This document shows positions 47,601-57,275 of a stretch of 64,000 bases of DNA, in pieces. The position numbers were made by a program, and so were the translations under genes. Origin of the DNA: Thalia democratica (Eukaryota); the NCBI GenBank assembly GCA_965202585.1, contig OZ241828.1:15066001-15130000 (forward strand), given 5' to 3'. Every line of letters starts with the position of its first letter. The stretch's first letter is position 1. The notes beneath the pieces were generated by a model. That model saw only the letters and a list, made by a program, of their open reading frames with translations, ran no database searches and had not been told where the DNA came from.

Positions 47601-49354
47601 TTTTCCTGACTTTTTCCTGACTTTTTACCAAAATTTTCCTGACTTTTCTAAATAAAACTCTTAAATTAAACTTATTCTAAAATACATAATCTAACACTTT
47701 AAACTATATAAAGCTTCCAATCTAATTTTAATACAGGTTAAAAACAATATTTTTTTGCTGAATTCTATCATCAAACTTCCAGTACATCACTTAAACCGTC
47801 TGTGTATGATTGATGTTTGTAATAAACAGCTCTATTGGCAAAATACTTGTATTATTACCTTATAAACACAGCTTGTCTAAAAAAAGAAACAATTTTTTAG
47901 CAAACCCTAGCATAATTGTATCAAGATAAACAAACGACATATAAAGAACTTTTACAGTTAAAACCTTGAATTAATAACGAACTTTCACAAATAAAATCTT
48001 AAAACAATAACAAATTTTTACAGTTGAAACCTTAAAACAATAAAGAACACAATTTCTTACAATTTCCTAGTATAAATGTATCTAAATAAACGAAACGACA
48101 TATAAGGAACTTTTACAATTAAAACCTTAAATCAATAAGGAACTTTCACAACTCAAACCATAAAACAATAACAAACTTTTACAGTTAAAACATTAAAACA
48201 ATAAAGAACTTAATCAAATAGTGTTTTTTTAAATGTATGTACTAAAATGTATTTTCTTAGTTTTTTTATTAACACTTCAACCATCATCTAATACTAAATT
48301 AGTATAAAATTTGTAACAAATAGATACACTCTTATTTACTTTAAAAACTTGAGTTACTCTACAAAAAATACAAATATTAAGTAAACTTAAACTTCGCGTA
48401 TACCTCTCTTATAACTTATTTTATAAATTTAAACAAATTTGGAAAAATTATAAAGAGGTAAAGTTTACACATTAACTTGTTACATAAAATACTAAACTAA
48501 CTGCTTAGTTATAAAGAACTCAATTGTTTACTTAAACAAAAAAACTCTTTGATTCTAAAATTATGCTAGATAAACTTTTGTGTATATATCACAGTTTCAC
48601 TATGAAAGTTTCCTTGCTACAGATCATCAAAACTAAAAAGCTTACAAAATCTGCTTGTTCAAGTAGGGTACTTGTTCAATATATTAATAAATAATTTTTG
48701 CAGTTTATTAAAGGATATTTTACTAATTTATACCATTTTGAAGGCATTGGAAATAAAATTTAATATTTTTGTAAATTTCTAGGAAAATTTTGGAATTTTT
48801 TTCTGACTTTAAAGGACTTTTAATTAATTTTTACCACTTGAAGGCTTTGGAAAACAAGGAATTTTGTAAACTTAAACTGACAAAATATGAATTTTGTTTT
48901 TAATTTTATCAAATTTCCTGACTTTTCCTGACTTTTTTTCAAAACCCCTCATTTTTTCCTGACTTTTCCTGACTTTTGTAATTTTTTCAAATTTTTCCTG
49001 ACTTTTCCTGATTTCCTGACTTTTCCTGACCGAGTGGCAACCCTGTAGGTCAAATAATTTTCTCAAGAGAATATATCTATACCTAACCATTTTAATAACA
49101 ATTATTAGTGAATGCTTTTATGATTTAAATTTACTCACCTTGCCAAATTCCGCGTCCGTGGATTTAATTTTTTTAGGCAAAGTTTTCCTGCTCTTTTTAA
49201 GAGGGGTTTTTCTGCAGTTGTTGGGTAAAGTTTTCCTTGTTTTCTTCGGTAATGTCTTTCTGCTTTTTTTGGGTGCCTTTGCCATGTTTGTGTTTTTAAC
49301 TTTAATTAAATTTATTTCATACCTGTCAGTATCATTTGTTAGTTCTAAAAAAGT
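5435..49354 (-). CDS. USP44/USP49: USP44/USP49-family ubiquitin-specific protease, spliced gene, 3'-partial (about 2,990 aa modelled). Exons: 49139-49354, 44700-44854, 43157-43328, 41706-41842, 20752-27982, 20001-20248, 19109-19289, 11222-11348, 10183-10298, 9807-9944, 5963-6094, 5435-5613
   Basis: All 11 introns are GT-AG and phase-compatible. Family motifs occur in the correct order: ZnF-UBP (CSH...[35 protein letters not shown]...LFCYKCGD), ALWxxR..FRNW helix, [23 protein letters not shown], MWS...IPAFMGNSQQDAQEFLCELL, FEGKLRSEVRCLECGN...FWDISLDFP. Confidence 0.93.
5963..6094 (-). CDS. USP44/USP49: USP exon 11 (GNSQQDAQEFLCELLQKIVLEL...)
   Basis: QQDAQEFLCELL box; acceptor ttttaacag|, donor ACT|gttagt. 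Confidence 0.96.
9807..9944 (-). CDS. USP44/USP49: USP exon 10 (VDGKLTWQLGDLYTNMWSNKNSKSAPHAIYPEKFWGAVCKNIPAFM)
   Basis: Carries the L..MWS...P..F...V...IPAF motif; donor ATG|gttagt. The acceptor is weak and purine-rich. Confidence 0.88.
10183..10298 (-). CDS. USP44/USP49: USP exon 9 (EETNDSGLHGG...RSRNTNKQ)
   Basis: Phase 1 in and phase 0 out; acceptor ttttattag|, donor CAG|gtaata. Confidence 0.85.
11222..11348 (-). CDS. USP44/USP49: USP exon 8 (VLGHHPSFRLCLSSLDNVLS...)
   Basis: Continues the Cys box as Q|VLGH..FR.C (compare VLSHL.KFRECF). Acceptor ttcttcaaacag|, donor G|gttggt. Confidence 0.9.
14920..15210. repeat. Direct repeat of about 90 bp, spacing about 200 bp
   Basis: AGAAC..AAACTTCGGTTTT...AAGCGT.TTAAAATT.A.GCATAGATAA.ATATTTAT at about 14920 and about 15122. 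Confidence 0.75.
17276..17540. promoter_or_regulatory. Intronic CpG-rich patch with two E2F-like TTTCGCGC motifs
   Basis: Motifs at 17299-17307 and 17462-17469; CpG density is far above the flanks. Confidence 0.3.
19109..19289 (-). CDS. USP44/USP49: USP exon 7: catalytic Cys box ([21 protein letters not shown])
   Basis: Canonical GL.NLGNTCY.NS..Q motif; donor CAG|gttggt. Confidence 0.96.
20001..20248 (-). CDS. USP44/USP49: USP exon 6 (VLGLKRKSSNPLENVEPAKK...LIKKEV)
   Basis: Acceptor ttttttttaag|, donor AA|gttagt (phase 2), open frame. Confidence 0.85.
20752..27982 (-). CDS. USP44/USP49: USP exon 5: giant 7,231-nt exon encoding a Lys/Ser/Glu/Thr-rich intrinsically disordered region of about 2,410 aa
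   Basis: Corresponds to ORF track 20713..27981. Acceptor tttttaaacag|G ATG (phase 2), donor TCT|gttagt (phase 0). Confidence 0.9.
23278..23571 (-). repeat. Coding 21-bp minisatellite, 14 units of [VIA][VA]SEKSE-like heptads
   Basis: Direct reading of the exon 5 translation; the DNA unit resembles ttcagatttttcagaaacaac. Confidence 0.95.
28482..28489. promoter_or_regulatory. Full CRE (TGACGTCA) between the exon 5 acceptor and the nested gene ATG
   Basis: Exact palindrome about 145 bp upstream of the nested ATG; function is inferred only. Confidence 0.3.
28634..28725 (+). CDS. Nested gene exon 1 (MSFRRLKINSENPVLKSLIKTEKDELTLMA)
   Basis: ATG in an AAAAATG context; donor AG|gtttaa is weak; phase 2 fits exon 2. 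Confidence 0.5.
28634..37799 (+). CDS. Nested antisense gene, about 300 aa: basic N-terminus + KKVTW + PLE-derived GIY-YIG-like domain with Zn knuckle. Exons: 28634-28725, 29726-29780, 30081-30379, 30601-30708, 31328-31519, 37643-37799
   Basis: Five GT-AG introns with compatible phases (2,0,2,2,2). The joined peptide is ...KKKVTWVDQVKGSSIAK|YSTMIYDHKLRKF...FHCNCR|DIRECPLQGSCLSKNIKFKIKVENNNQVKTFYGTCKNSTFKSRFYQIKHLMKNRNMTYMNPFAR|YIWKLKRKKESFDVQYRVV...KKSCSCRVRVSGKTSKKVKK*. It aligns by eye to the PLE endonuclease consensus CNCR....CPL.G.CL...IVY.A.V....YIG.....FK.RY..H..SF......T.LSKYIW.LK. Exons 1-2 are less certain than exons 3-6. Confidence 0.85.
28896..28943 (-). ncRNA. Hammerhead copy with G8->A (28927), predicted inactive, in the left arm
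   Basis: Reads CUGAAAA instead of CUGAAGA; otherwise identical to the right-arm copy. Confidence 0.7.
29563..29610 (+). ncRNA. Minimal type-I hammerhead ribozyme with intact core, in the right arm of the PLE
   Basis: CUGAAGA (29574-80), G.AGCUAAA.C (1-bp stem II), GAAA, palindromic UUAA, then UA (cleavage after 29599). Stem I is UUAUU/AAUAA plus a G-C pair. Confidence 0.75.
29726..29780 (+). CDS. Nested gene exon 2 (STKIKPKNEKKKVKQQEK)
   Basis: Acceptor ctttgcagtttcag|, donor AAA|gtttgt (phase 0). Confidence 0.55.
30081..30379 (+). CDS. Nested gene exon 3 (VFGNPKAIRL...NINKKKVTWVDQVKGSSIA)
   Basis: Strong acceptor ctacttttccag| and donor AA|gtaagt; 99 open codons. Confidence 0.8.
30601..30708 (+). 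CDS. Nested gene exon 4 (YSTMIYDHKLRKFREQ...TFHCNCR)
   Basis: Acceptor tttttaatttag|, donor AG|gtaaaa. Supplies the CNCR half of the Zn knuckle. Confidence 0.88.
31328..31519 (+). CDS. Nested gene exon 5: GIY-YIG core (DIRECPLQGSCLSKNIKFKIKV...TFYGTCKNSTFKSRFYQIKHLM...PFAR)
   Basis: Acceptor aattttcag|, donor AG|gttagt; CPLxGxC, xYG and FKxR motifs. Confidence 0.9.
33445..34015. repeat. Diverged tandem duplication, period about 288 bp
   Basis: AAAACACGAGTTAACTGGATTACT at 33461 and 33749 with colinear downstream similarity. Confidence 0.85.
36065..36505. repeat. Diverged tandem duplication, period about 228 bp
   Basis: TACGAGTTAC at 36085 and 36313; TTGCTTATGGTTTACTAT and TATGGTTGAAAAATA are shared by both units. 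Confidence 0.85.
37643..37799 (+). CDS. Nested gene terminal exon 6 (YIWKLKRKKESFDVQYRVV...SCSCR...KK*)
   Basis: Acceptor ttttttttttctag|; R|YIWKLK continues the LSKYIW.LK motif in phase; stop TAA at 37797-37799. Confidence 0.88.
41255..41760 (-). repeat. Decaying tandem array (period about 80-146 bp) of the exon 4 3' end plus donor site
   Basis: (TC/TT)AAACACCA[AT]AG[AG]GC core at 41707 (true exon), 41561, 41425 and 41341; partial copy at 41261. Confidence 0.85.
41706..41842 (-). CDS. USP44/USP49: USP exon 4 (MLLLERSSKK...DDDVFAKNHKALWCLR)
   Basis: Phase 0 in and phase 2 out, bridging exons 3 and 5. The joined ALWCLRMSRCRKFFRNW resembles the ALWxRRQ..L...FRxW helix of USP44/49. Confidence 0.85.
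42154..42244. repeat. Perfect 29-bp tandem repeat x3
   Basis: AAGGTTGTACAAAAAAAATTGGTAAATAT starts at 42154, 42183 and 42212. Confidence 0.95.
43157..43328 (-). CDS. USP44/USP49: USP exon 3: ZnF-UBP C-half ([39 protein letters not shown]...)
   Basis: Acceptor ttttcatag|, donor AAT|gtaagt, conserved His/Cys ligands. Confidence 0.95.
44700..44854 (-). CDS. USP44/USP49: USP exon 2: ZnF-UBP N-half (LSTRLCSHLAKL...[25 protein letters not shown])
   Basis: Acceptor tttttatctcag|, donor AG|gtttgt. Matches the USP44/49 pattern C.H...W.C..C.T.ES.WACL.CSHVACGR. Confidence 0.95.
45202..46259. mobile_element. Possible degenerate TIR element
   Basis: CAGCCAGAGGGGGT versus reverse complement GAGCCACAGGGGGT (12/14 match); no TSD. 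Confidence 0.3.
47052..47393. mobile_element. Small degenerate MITE with CAGGGTTGCCATA-type termini
   Basis: Left CAGGGTTTTCATA, right TATGGCAACCCTG; internal CCAGG/CAGG repeats; no TSD found. A similar right end lies near 57440-57461. Confidence 0.55.
47562..49045. mobile_element. Non-autonomous DNA transposon (hAT-like), 1.48 kb, with 6-bp TSD TAGGTC
   Basis: TIRs CATGGTTGCCACTC / GAGTGGCAACCCTG. TAGGTC occurs at 47556-61 and 49046-51. Both ends have subterminal TTTTCCTGAC arrays. No transposase ORF. Confidence 0.85.
47927..48210. repeat. Higher-order repeat inside the hAT-like element (subunits of about 30 bp, duplication of about 160 bp)
   Basis: AAACGACATATAA.GAACTTTTACA.TTAAAACCTT occurs twice, with recurring AAAACAATAA subunits. 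Confidence 0.7.
49139..49354 (-). CDS. USP44/USP49: USP exon 1: first in-frame ATG at 49285, MAKAPKKSRKTLPKKTRKTLPNNCRKTPLKKSRKTLPKKIKSTDAEFGK. The frame is open back to the acceptor at 49354.
   Basis: Donor AAG|gtgagt (phase 0) matches the phase-0 acceptor of the ZnF exon; acceptor ttttttag|. There is no homology support, so linkage is inferred from phase and splice signals. Confidence 0.65.
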
Positions 49355-50641
49355 CTAAAAAAACAAAGACAGAAAATTTATTATAAATAAAATTTTGTGT
49401 ACAATAACTTGCACTCAAAAAAGTATAAAACTGAATATTTTTGTATACAGCTTAAATTTGAAATTAACTTGAAAATAATTACTTTGTTCAGTAAAACATG
49501 TGACCAAGACAACGAGAAACTTTTTTAAGCATGAAAGAACTTAAAGGTTTTTAATATAAATATTCATTTACAAAAAACATAATATATACAATGTTTTGGG
49601 TTACATGACAGTCCAAATTTTTAAGAAGATATATAAAGGGCAACTACTCAGAAAGTAATATATAATTAAAAATAAAATTTTGAAAATTACTAAAAAACAC
49701 TACATTTTCAAACTCACTTTAGCCATTTCTCAAAATATATTTAAAAATTTTGTTTTAACTAAGTGTTTCTATATTACAAACCTACAAGAGTTTTTGTTAT
49801 TTTTAATAAACTAAAAAAAAATTTCAGTTGTGCCCCTTGAAATATTTTTTTAATAATTTGAACTTTCTGAATTTGATCCAATGTTTTGATATTAAACATG
49901 CATGTAACTTATTGAGTCCAACAGTTCAGTAACATAAATCAATTAAGACAACTAATATAAGTGTTTAGTTCTAAAATCACTAAAAACCCAAAACAATGTT
50001 CTGATATTTAGCATTCTATTAAAAAAACAATATCATAAGCATATAAGTTTAATATTTTTTTTTAATTATTCAAATGGTTCCAATTATATTTTTTAAACTT
50101 AATTAATTGATTAATAACAAATTAAAATTAATATAAATTAATAGTTATAAACATACAAAAAATACCTTTTAAGTCAATGTAATTGTAATTCACAACAAAA
50201 TTTCATTTGCAACTACTTTTCTTGCAAACTAAACAAGGATGGAAAAATCTGAAGTTAATAGAAACTAATGACATTTTTACTTTAAATGTTTATGAAAGTT
50301 AAATAAAACATTTTTTTTTAACAATTCTGATCACCCTGTTCCTGAGAAATTTTTGAGAGCTCTTAGATGAATAATATTTTTAAATGGCTCTAATCATTAC
50401 CTATCAATTAACTATTGAATAAATTATGTCATTGAACTCAGCTATGGACCTTAAAACTCAACATAACCATAACTAGAAACAAATAACTTTTCATGTGTCA
50501 TTTTTAGTTGGTGTTTTTTTTTACAAAAAGTGCTAAAAACATACTAGAACCTCTAATTGCTTAAGGTAAACAATACTTAAGTCACTTTTTTTACTAGAAG
50601 TAAAAAGTATTAGTTAAAAATTAATAATCAAAATATATTAT

Positions 50642-51291
50642 GGGCATAGGGGAGTTCACCTTGAGTTTTACAAGTTAATCTTTTTTTATAGAGCCATCAG
50701 ACATTTTTAACCTCTTTAAAAAATTCAAAGTAGTTTTATAGATAAAAGCAATCAAAATTGGTTACCTCAATAGGTTCCTAGTGGAAAGTACAAACCAAAA
50801 AAAGCAAAAAAGACAATTTCATTAAAGTATATCTTCTTCTTCATTTGTTTAACAAATTTTCTTCAAATTTTCACAGTAATTCCATTATTAAATTTAAAAA
50901 AAATTGAGCACAGGAATTTTTTTATTTTAAAAAATAAAATCTTTATTAAATATAAACCTCCTTTTTTTGGTTTATATATAAAATTGTTACTTTTTAATAT
51001 TCTTAAAACAGCAACATTCAAGGTCAATTAAACTATATAAGGAACCTTTCCAGGAAGTTTGAGGTAGCTCAAGAAATTAAGAAGTAGGTAGATTTTTAGT
51101 GATTTTTTTATTTCCAAAATAAAATATGGGTCCATATGTTTGTATTTGAAACTATTTACAAAAATTACAATACCTCAGAAGTTAATAAGATTTTTCAATT
51201 TTTATTCAAGCAGGCTTGTAGTTTGTACTTGAAGCTTTCATATAAGAGCCAATGTTATTATTAGTAAAAAAATGTTGGAACCCCTATGCCC
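50642..51291. mobile_element. MITE with GGGCATAGGGG TIRs and apparent 4-bp TSD (TTAT)
   Basis: Perfect 11-bp inverted termini, with TTAT on both flanks. Confidence 0.6.
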
Positions 51292-54200
51292 TTATCAAAT
51301 TGTTTTTAAAAATAATACAAAAAGACTTTAATTATAAAAAAAAATTAAAAATAGTTTAAAACTTAACACTGTACTGTTCTATTGGTAACTGTTGCCATAA
51401 AATAAGTTTTTTAATTATTTTGTCTTCAAATACTTAAAATGATTTGATATAAATTAATGAATATTTCAAAAAAGTTTTTTTTTTAATTTATGTTGTGACA
51501 AAAGTTTAGAACTTTCTAAATGATCTATTCCACCAGCAATCATTAAAATGATTATTACTAAAAAAATTGTTGAAAAAAAATTCAAGCATGAAAAACTTTC
51601 TAGAAAGATCTTTTGTAATCTGACACTATCCAATAATACATAGCAGCTATTCTCATAGTTGGAAGATAATTTAATTGCATATTAAGAAATGTATGGGGCA
51701 AAATAAAATGGACCTTTGTATGGGCAATAAACTTTTTTCAGAGTTTAAAAATGAGCATAACAACCAAATTAAGAACTTTAATTACAGTAGTATTTTTTTA
51801 ATATTATTTTATACTGGTAATATTGATAAGATTAATAATTTTAGTTCGTTGAAGAGAAATTTTTGCTAATAAAATTTGTTCAAGAAATATATCTTATTAG
51901 ATTAAAATTTAAATTATTCAAATGCATACAGGTATAACATGTTCTCTTTGCAGTTTCATAAACATTCAAAAAATATTTTGTTTTTAAGAAAATGTCTAGA
52001 GTTATTGCATATGGATTATTCTCAATGCAATATTTAAAACAAAACAATATTTTTGTTGCCAAAAATTCATCACCAATACTTATAATGCAACAATATAAAC
52101 ATATAAATATTTAACACATATGATCTGCAAAAGACAAAATAAAGAAACATAGAGTCACTAGCACAACTAAAATAGCGTTTTTATTCAATCATAGATTTTC
52201 ATAAACAATGAAAATATCAAATTAATTATCAACAATTTTTATACACAAACACAAAACTAAGCTTTACTAAATAATAATACACTTAGCTTTACTAAGAATT
52301 ATAATCTGTTTATAAACAAATAGCTAATTTTAAGCACTTAAGCTGCAAACATAATCCCCCCTTAAGCTGAGACTTCCAACATAAAAAATATTTTAACTTG
52401 GAAAACAAAAAATAGCTAATAAAAAAACTCTACTAACACAGTTTGTAACTTTTTGCAATATTAATTTAACAAATATAAAATAAAATAATAACAATTTACA
52501 TGTTCTACTTATTTAACAAATAATTAAAATAAAACTCTTTAAAATGAAAATGATCTAATTAAATCATTATGTTATAGATTAATTTGTGAAAGATAAAACA
52601 AAAAAAAGTATAAAATACTCATTTTGATTACTGCATATTTATAGGCATTGTTTGTTTAATACAAACCTTTTTTAAACATACTTAGTAAACTCTATATTTT
52701 AGGATTAAGTGAAAAATCAGTAAAATGAATAAATTAAAAAAATACCAATTGTAAATGCAATTTTTGTTTTCTAACAATTGATGTATACAATTTTGTATAA
52801 AAGAACTTATGATCATTAAATACCAATTACATAGTAGAAACAGCAAAATACTTTTGTTAAAAATTTGAAAAACAAATTTATTGTAAGTACCTTTGAAACA
52901 AAAACAAATCTAAACTAAAAATTATTACACATATCATTAATGTTTAATTGAAAATAAATAATATAAATTTGTTTTGCTTATAAATCTTATATAATACTCA
53001 ACTGTTATACCTTAACTTTTAAATGTAGAAGGTAAACAAAATGTTTTAGAGATAAAATTGATAAAAATAAATATTTGTTAAGAAATAATTGTTTTATATG
53101 AAGATAGTTCGAATTCGCAACAAATACAAATTAATTACTTTCCAAATATTTATGTAGTGGGCTGTAATTTTGAACCTTTTAAAAGTTTAAAGTATATGCA
53201 TTTTTTTATTTTAACACAAAAATAAAACTTGAAAAACTTAATTTTATTCTGCTTCAATGAAAATAAAAAATTTAAAAACTTTTTTACTGATGCATTTCTT
53301 ATTCAGAATTATTTAATCAAATGTATACTGAATCTGTTTAATCAACTTTAAAACTTAAAGAAGTGCAAAAAATAAGCACATGATTCATTAACAAAACATC
53401 AAACCAAATTAATTTTATGCATAAAATAACAAAAAAAAATTATAATACTCAGATTATTATGAACTTTTGTATAAAGTTTTTAAAAACAATCTTGAAGAGG
53501 TAAAAATAAATAAAAATTTAGTTTTAATTTTTTAATAAATAGAAGCTAACAGACCGCCAGACATTATACATTGGAAATTTTTTTCAATTGTGATAAATTT
53601 GGAACTAAAATTTTCAAATTTGCATGTACAAAATAATACAAAATTAAGTGAAAAGCCAAATTATCCAAAGACTATTTTGGGTTATAATCAAATTAGTGTC
53701 ATGCCTACGAACGTGTAACGAAAACCAAGTCCGAAAAAGGCCCATAACAAAAATTTGCTAAACTTTTAAAAACTTTTTTACTAACCATTAGCTAGTTATA
53801 GTTAATATCTTTTTATAAGTTTTGAACACCCCTTAGATTTTAGTTCATTTTGTTTAAATAACTGACCAATAAATTTTAAAAAATATTTATTTATGAAAGC
53901 GTAAACATCAGACTTTTTTACTGAATAAATAAAATAACTTCAATGCTTTTTTTAAAGAATTTGAGTTATCTTATTTTCTTAGAATTTTTTTTTTTTTGTG
54001 TTTTTGTAAAAAAGTACGTATAATTAGTTTTAAATCTGTAAATATATTATCTTAGGTATAAACTAATTTAGAATAAAAAATTTGTTAGGTTTTTTTACTA
54101 TTTTCAAATACAAAAACTCTTAAAAACAAAAATAAAAAGTTGATAAACTAAAAAATCAAAAAGAAAATTTTCTTTTAAAGCTAAAGTTAATTAGTTAAAA

Positions 54201-57200
54201 ATTTCCAAGTAATAATATATCATCTGACTTTCATTCATCTTTTTATTAATACTAAGATTTTTACGCTTTATCTTTCTAAAAAGAAGAAGAGTTATAATTG
54301 AAATTTATTAAAATACCTTAAGTACTCAACTTAATAAAATTATTTTGTCTAAAACAAGTCACAAAATAACAGAACTAGACTGACTAAAAGTGACAGTTAA
54401 TTAATTATGACTAACATAAAACTTTTGTTTTGCTTCCAATATATATTTTTTAAATATTGTTTTCTTTCATAAAAATAATTTTGATTTTCTTTAGCCCTCA
54501 TTAAAAATAATTTGTACGATATTTATTTCATTTTGTAGTTATTTGTGAAAAATATCTTTATGTAAAAAGTTTGAAGTTTAGAAAACATACATTTTACCTA
54601 AAAGTTTATTTCTAAAAACTTTATAATTATAAAAACTTGTAGAGACTAAAAGTAATGTTTTTCGTCTTTTAATATTTTTCTATCATAGAATAAGACTAAA
54701 ATAATTTAAAAAGTTTAGAAAATAAATAAAAGTTACGGTGAAAAGTTCCTTTAAAATTCCTAAATTCTATAAAAAACTTAGGTTGTTAATTTAAATATTA
54801 AAGTTATACAACAATATGATTAAATTTTTATAATTTTATGTTGTATTATGCAACAAATATAGCAACAATATTTCTTTAACAATACTCTTACATCTTAGCT
54901 GTTAACCGTAACTTATTTGTAAACAAAGATTAAAATGTTTTTAATTCTTTTTTGCTTAGTTGGATTAGGTTTGAACAAGTTTAAAAACTAAAACTTTTAC
55001 ATTCTTTTTCTTTAAATAAAATTATTTTAAGATTTTTGAGCACAAAGTCATTTTAAATTATATTAAACACTAAAAATTAGAATAAGTACAAAATTTAATA
55101 CCTTTTTTAAAATTTAAGTTTATTTTCTTGAAAATTTACGTATAAAAGTATTCAAAATCTGTACTTTTAACTTAAATGATTTTTTTTAACTATATTTGAC
55201 TTTAACTTATTAATTTATCATAGAAAAAAAATTCAAAATAGACTGTTTGAGAATATTCATGTTTAAGAAATAAAAGGTTTGACGCAGGCTTTTGTAATAG
55301 GTTTTTAAAATCGAGGAATAAAAACACATTAGCTATTTTGTCGAATATATTTGTATCGACAATAGCTTTAAAATTGTCGATTTTGTTAAAAGTCGTTGCT
55401 AAAAGTTGTTGTGCTAATTAAATACTGAAGCGTAAAAGCTTTGTTTGTTTAAAGTTATAATTTTACGCTCGAGAAACTAAAGCATTTCGCTTAAAAAGTA
55501 TTGTGCGCTTTTTACATTTAGTGATTTAAAACTAATCTAATAATACAATTTATACCACGATTTAAGTTTTTAAATCTAAAGTTTTTTGATTTATGTTAAA
55601 ATTTTGGTTACAAACTTTATTTTTGACAAATTAGTTGATCAAAAACATGTAAAATTTGACAACACTAGGTTTGTCAAAAACTTGCTTAATAACAAATTTT
55701 AAAAAATAAAGTCACGGTGTATATAAAATATTGCTTATGTATGCTTAATACGCATACTAGTATAGAACCTAATAAGTAAAAACTAAAAATAAGATGCAAA
55801 TAGTAGTTGAATTCACAAAAATAAGTGCATAAAAAGATTAAAAGTATAGTACTAAACGATTAAGCGTGTATACTGAAACGAAGAAAGGAACTAATAAGTA
55901 TTTATATATTTTAAGTACATAAAAAAACACGTTACCGTATACAACCAAAAAATAGTCTTCCATTCAAAAATATCTTGTTTAGATTATTAAAGTATTTTTT
56001 TATCGAAAATACTGAAAATGAATGCATGGTTTTGTATAAAGTATAAACTGTATAAAAAGTTATTAATTTAAATAGAGTACTGTTGATTAGCTTTTGTAAA
56101 AGATTTTAGAACCTTATAGTTTTTTATAGTTGTTTGCATATATTCAAATAAATTTCATGAGTTTTTATTTACTAAACTGTTCATGGTCCACTTATTAAAA
56201 ATATAGTTTGTTTCTTAGTTTTTTTTATACAGTAATGTTCTTATTAAGATTGCCTAGGTACACGTATCCACTGTGTAGATTTATGCAGTTTTAAAAACTT
56301 TTAGAATTTTAGAAACATGTAATTTAGCTCTTTTTAACCGGAAGAATACAAGAATTTTTATCTAGATATAAAAATAAGAATTCTAAAACAAATAAACAAA
56401 TTAACAATGCAAACCGTTTTTATTAAATTTAACAGAGTAAAATTGAAAACGTAGTATGTTTATCAAAAGAACATTTTAATTATTTGAAACAATAAAATTA
56501 ACTAAACGTGATTTAAATTATCAGATTAACAAAATTATTAACTTGTTATAGATCGGATAATACAAAAATTAATACATTTTACATCAAGGAACAAAAAAGA
56601 TAAAAAATTAAAAATGAGTAGTATCAATAAGTAATACAAAAGAAGTAATTTGGTTTTAAGGTTTATTTGTCAAAAAAGATCACAATAAAAAACATTGATT
56701 TCGAATAGTTTTTATTATATACTTTTTTAGGATGCGACATAAAATTACTTTTCTTAATAAGTAATAAAAAGAAGTTGTATTTAATACGTTTATTTTTAGT
56801 TTTAGAGATGCTGTTGACTCTCTAACCTGTAAGTGTTTAACGATCATAAAGTGTTTTCATTCACTGCAGCTTTCATTGACAAATTTACATAACCTTAGAA
56901 AAATTATAAAAACGAGTTTAGTTTTATTAATTTCTTTGTATCATTTTATTTATATCTATAGTAAAAATTCATTTTTTTCATAGTAGAAAAAACCTTAAAT
57001 TAAAGTAAAACTAAATTGAATATATGATTACTATAAATAATACATTAATTGTTTTTTAAGCAATCATGATGAAATAAATTGCACAAAAAAGGTAAAAACA
57101 TTTAGCTAAGTTTTAATTGTTTTAATAAAGAATAAAAACAAAAATTCATAATTCTGATTTAACATAATGTTTAATAAAATTTAATGTTATTTAATAAAAA

Positions 57201-57275
57201 GAGATATCTTTTATCTTTATACTATTTTTTAGTTTTAGTCAAAAATATCTAATTTTATCACTATTGCTTTAATTA

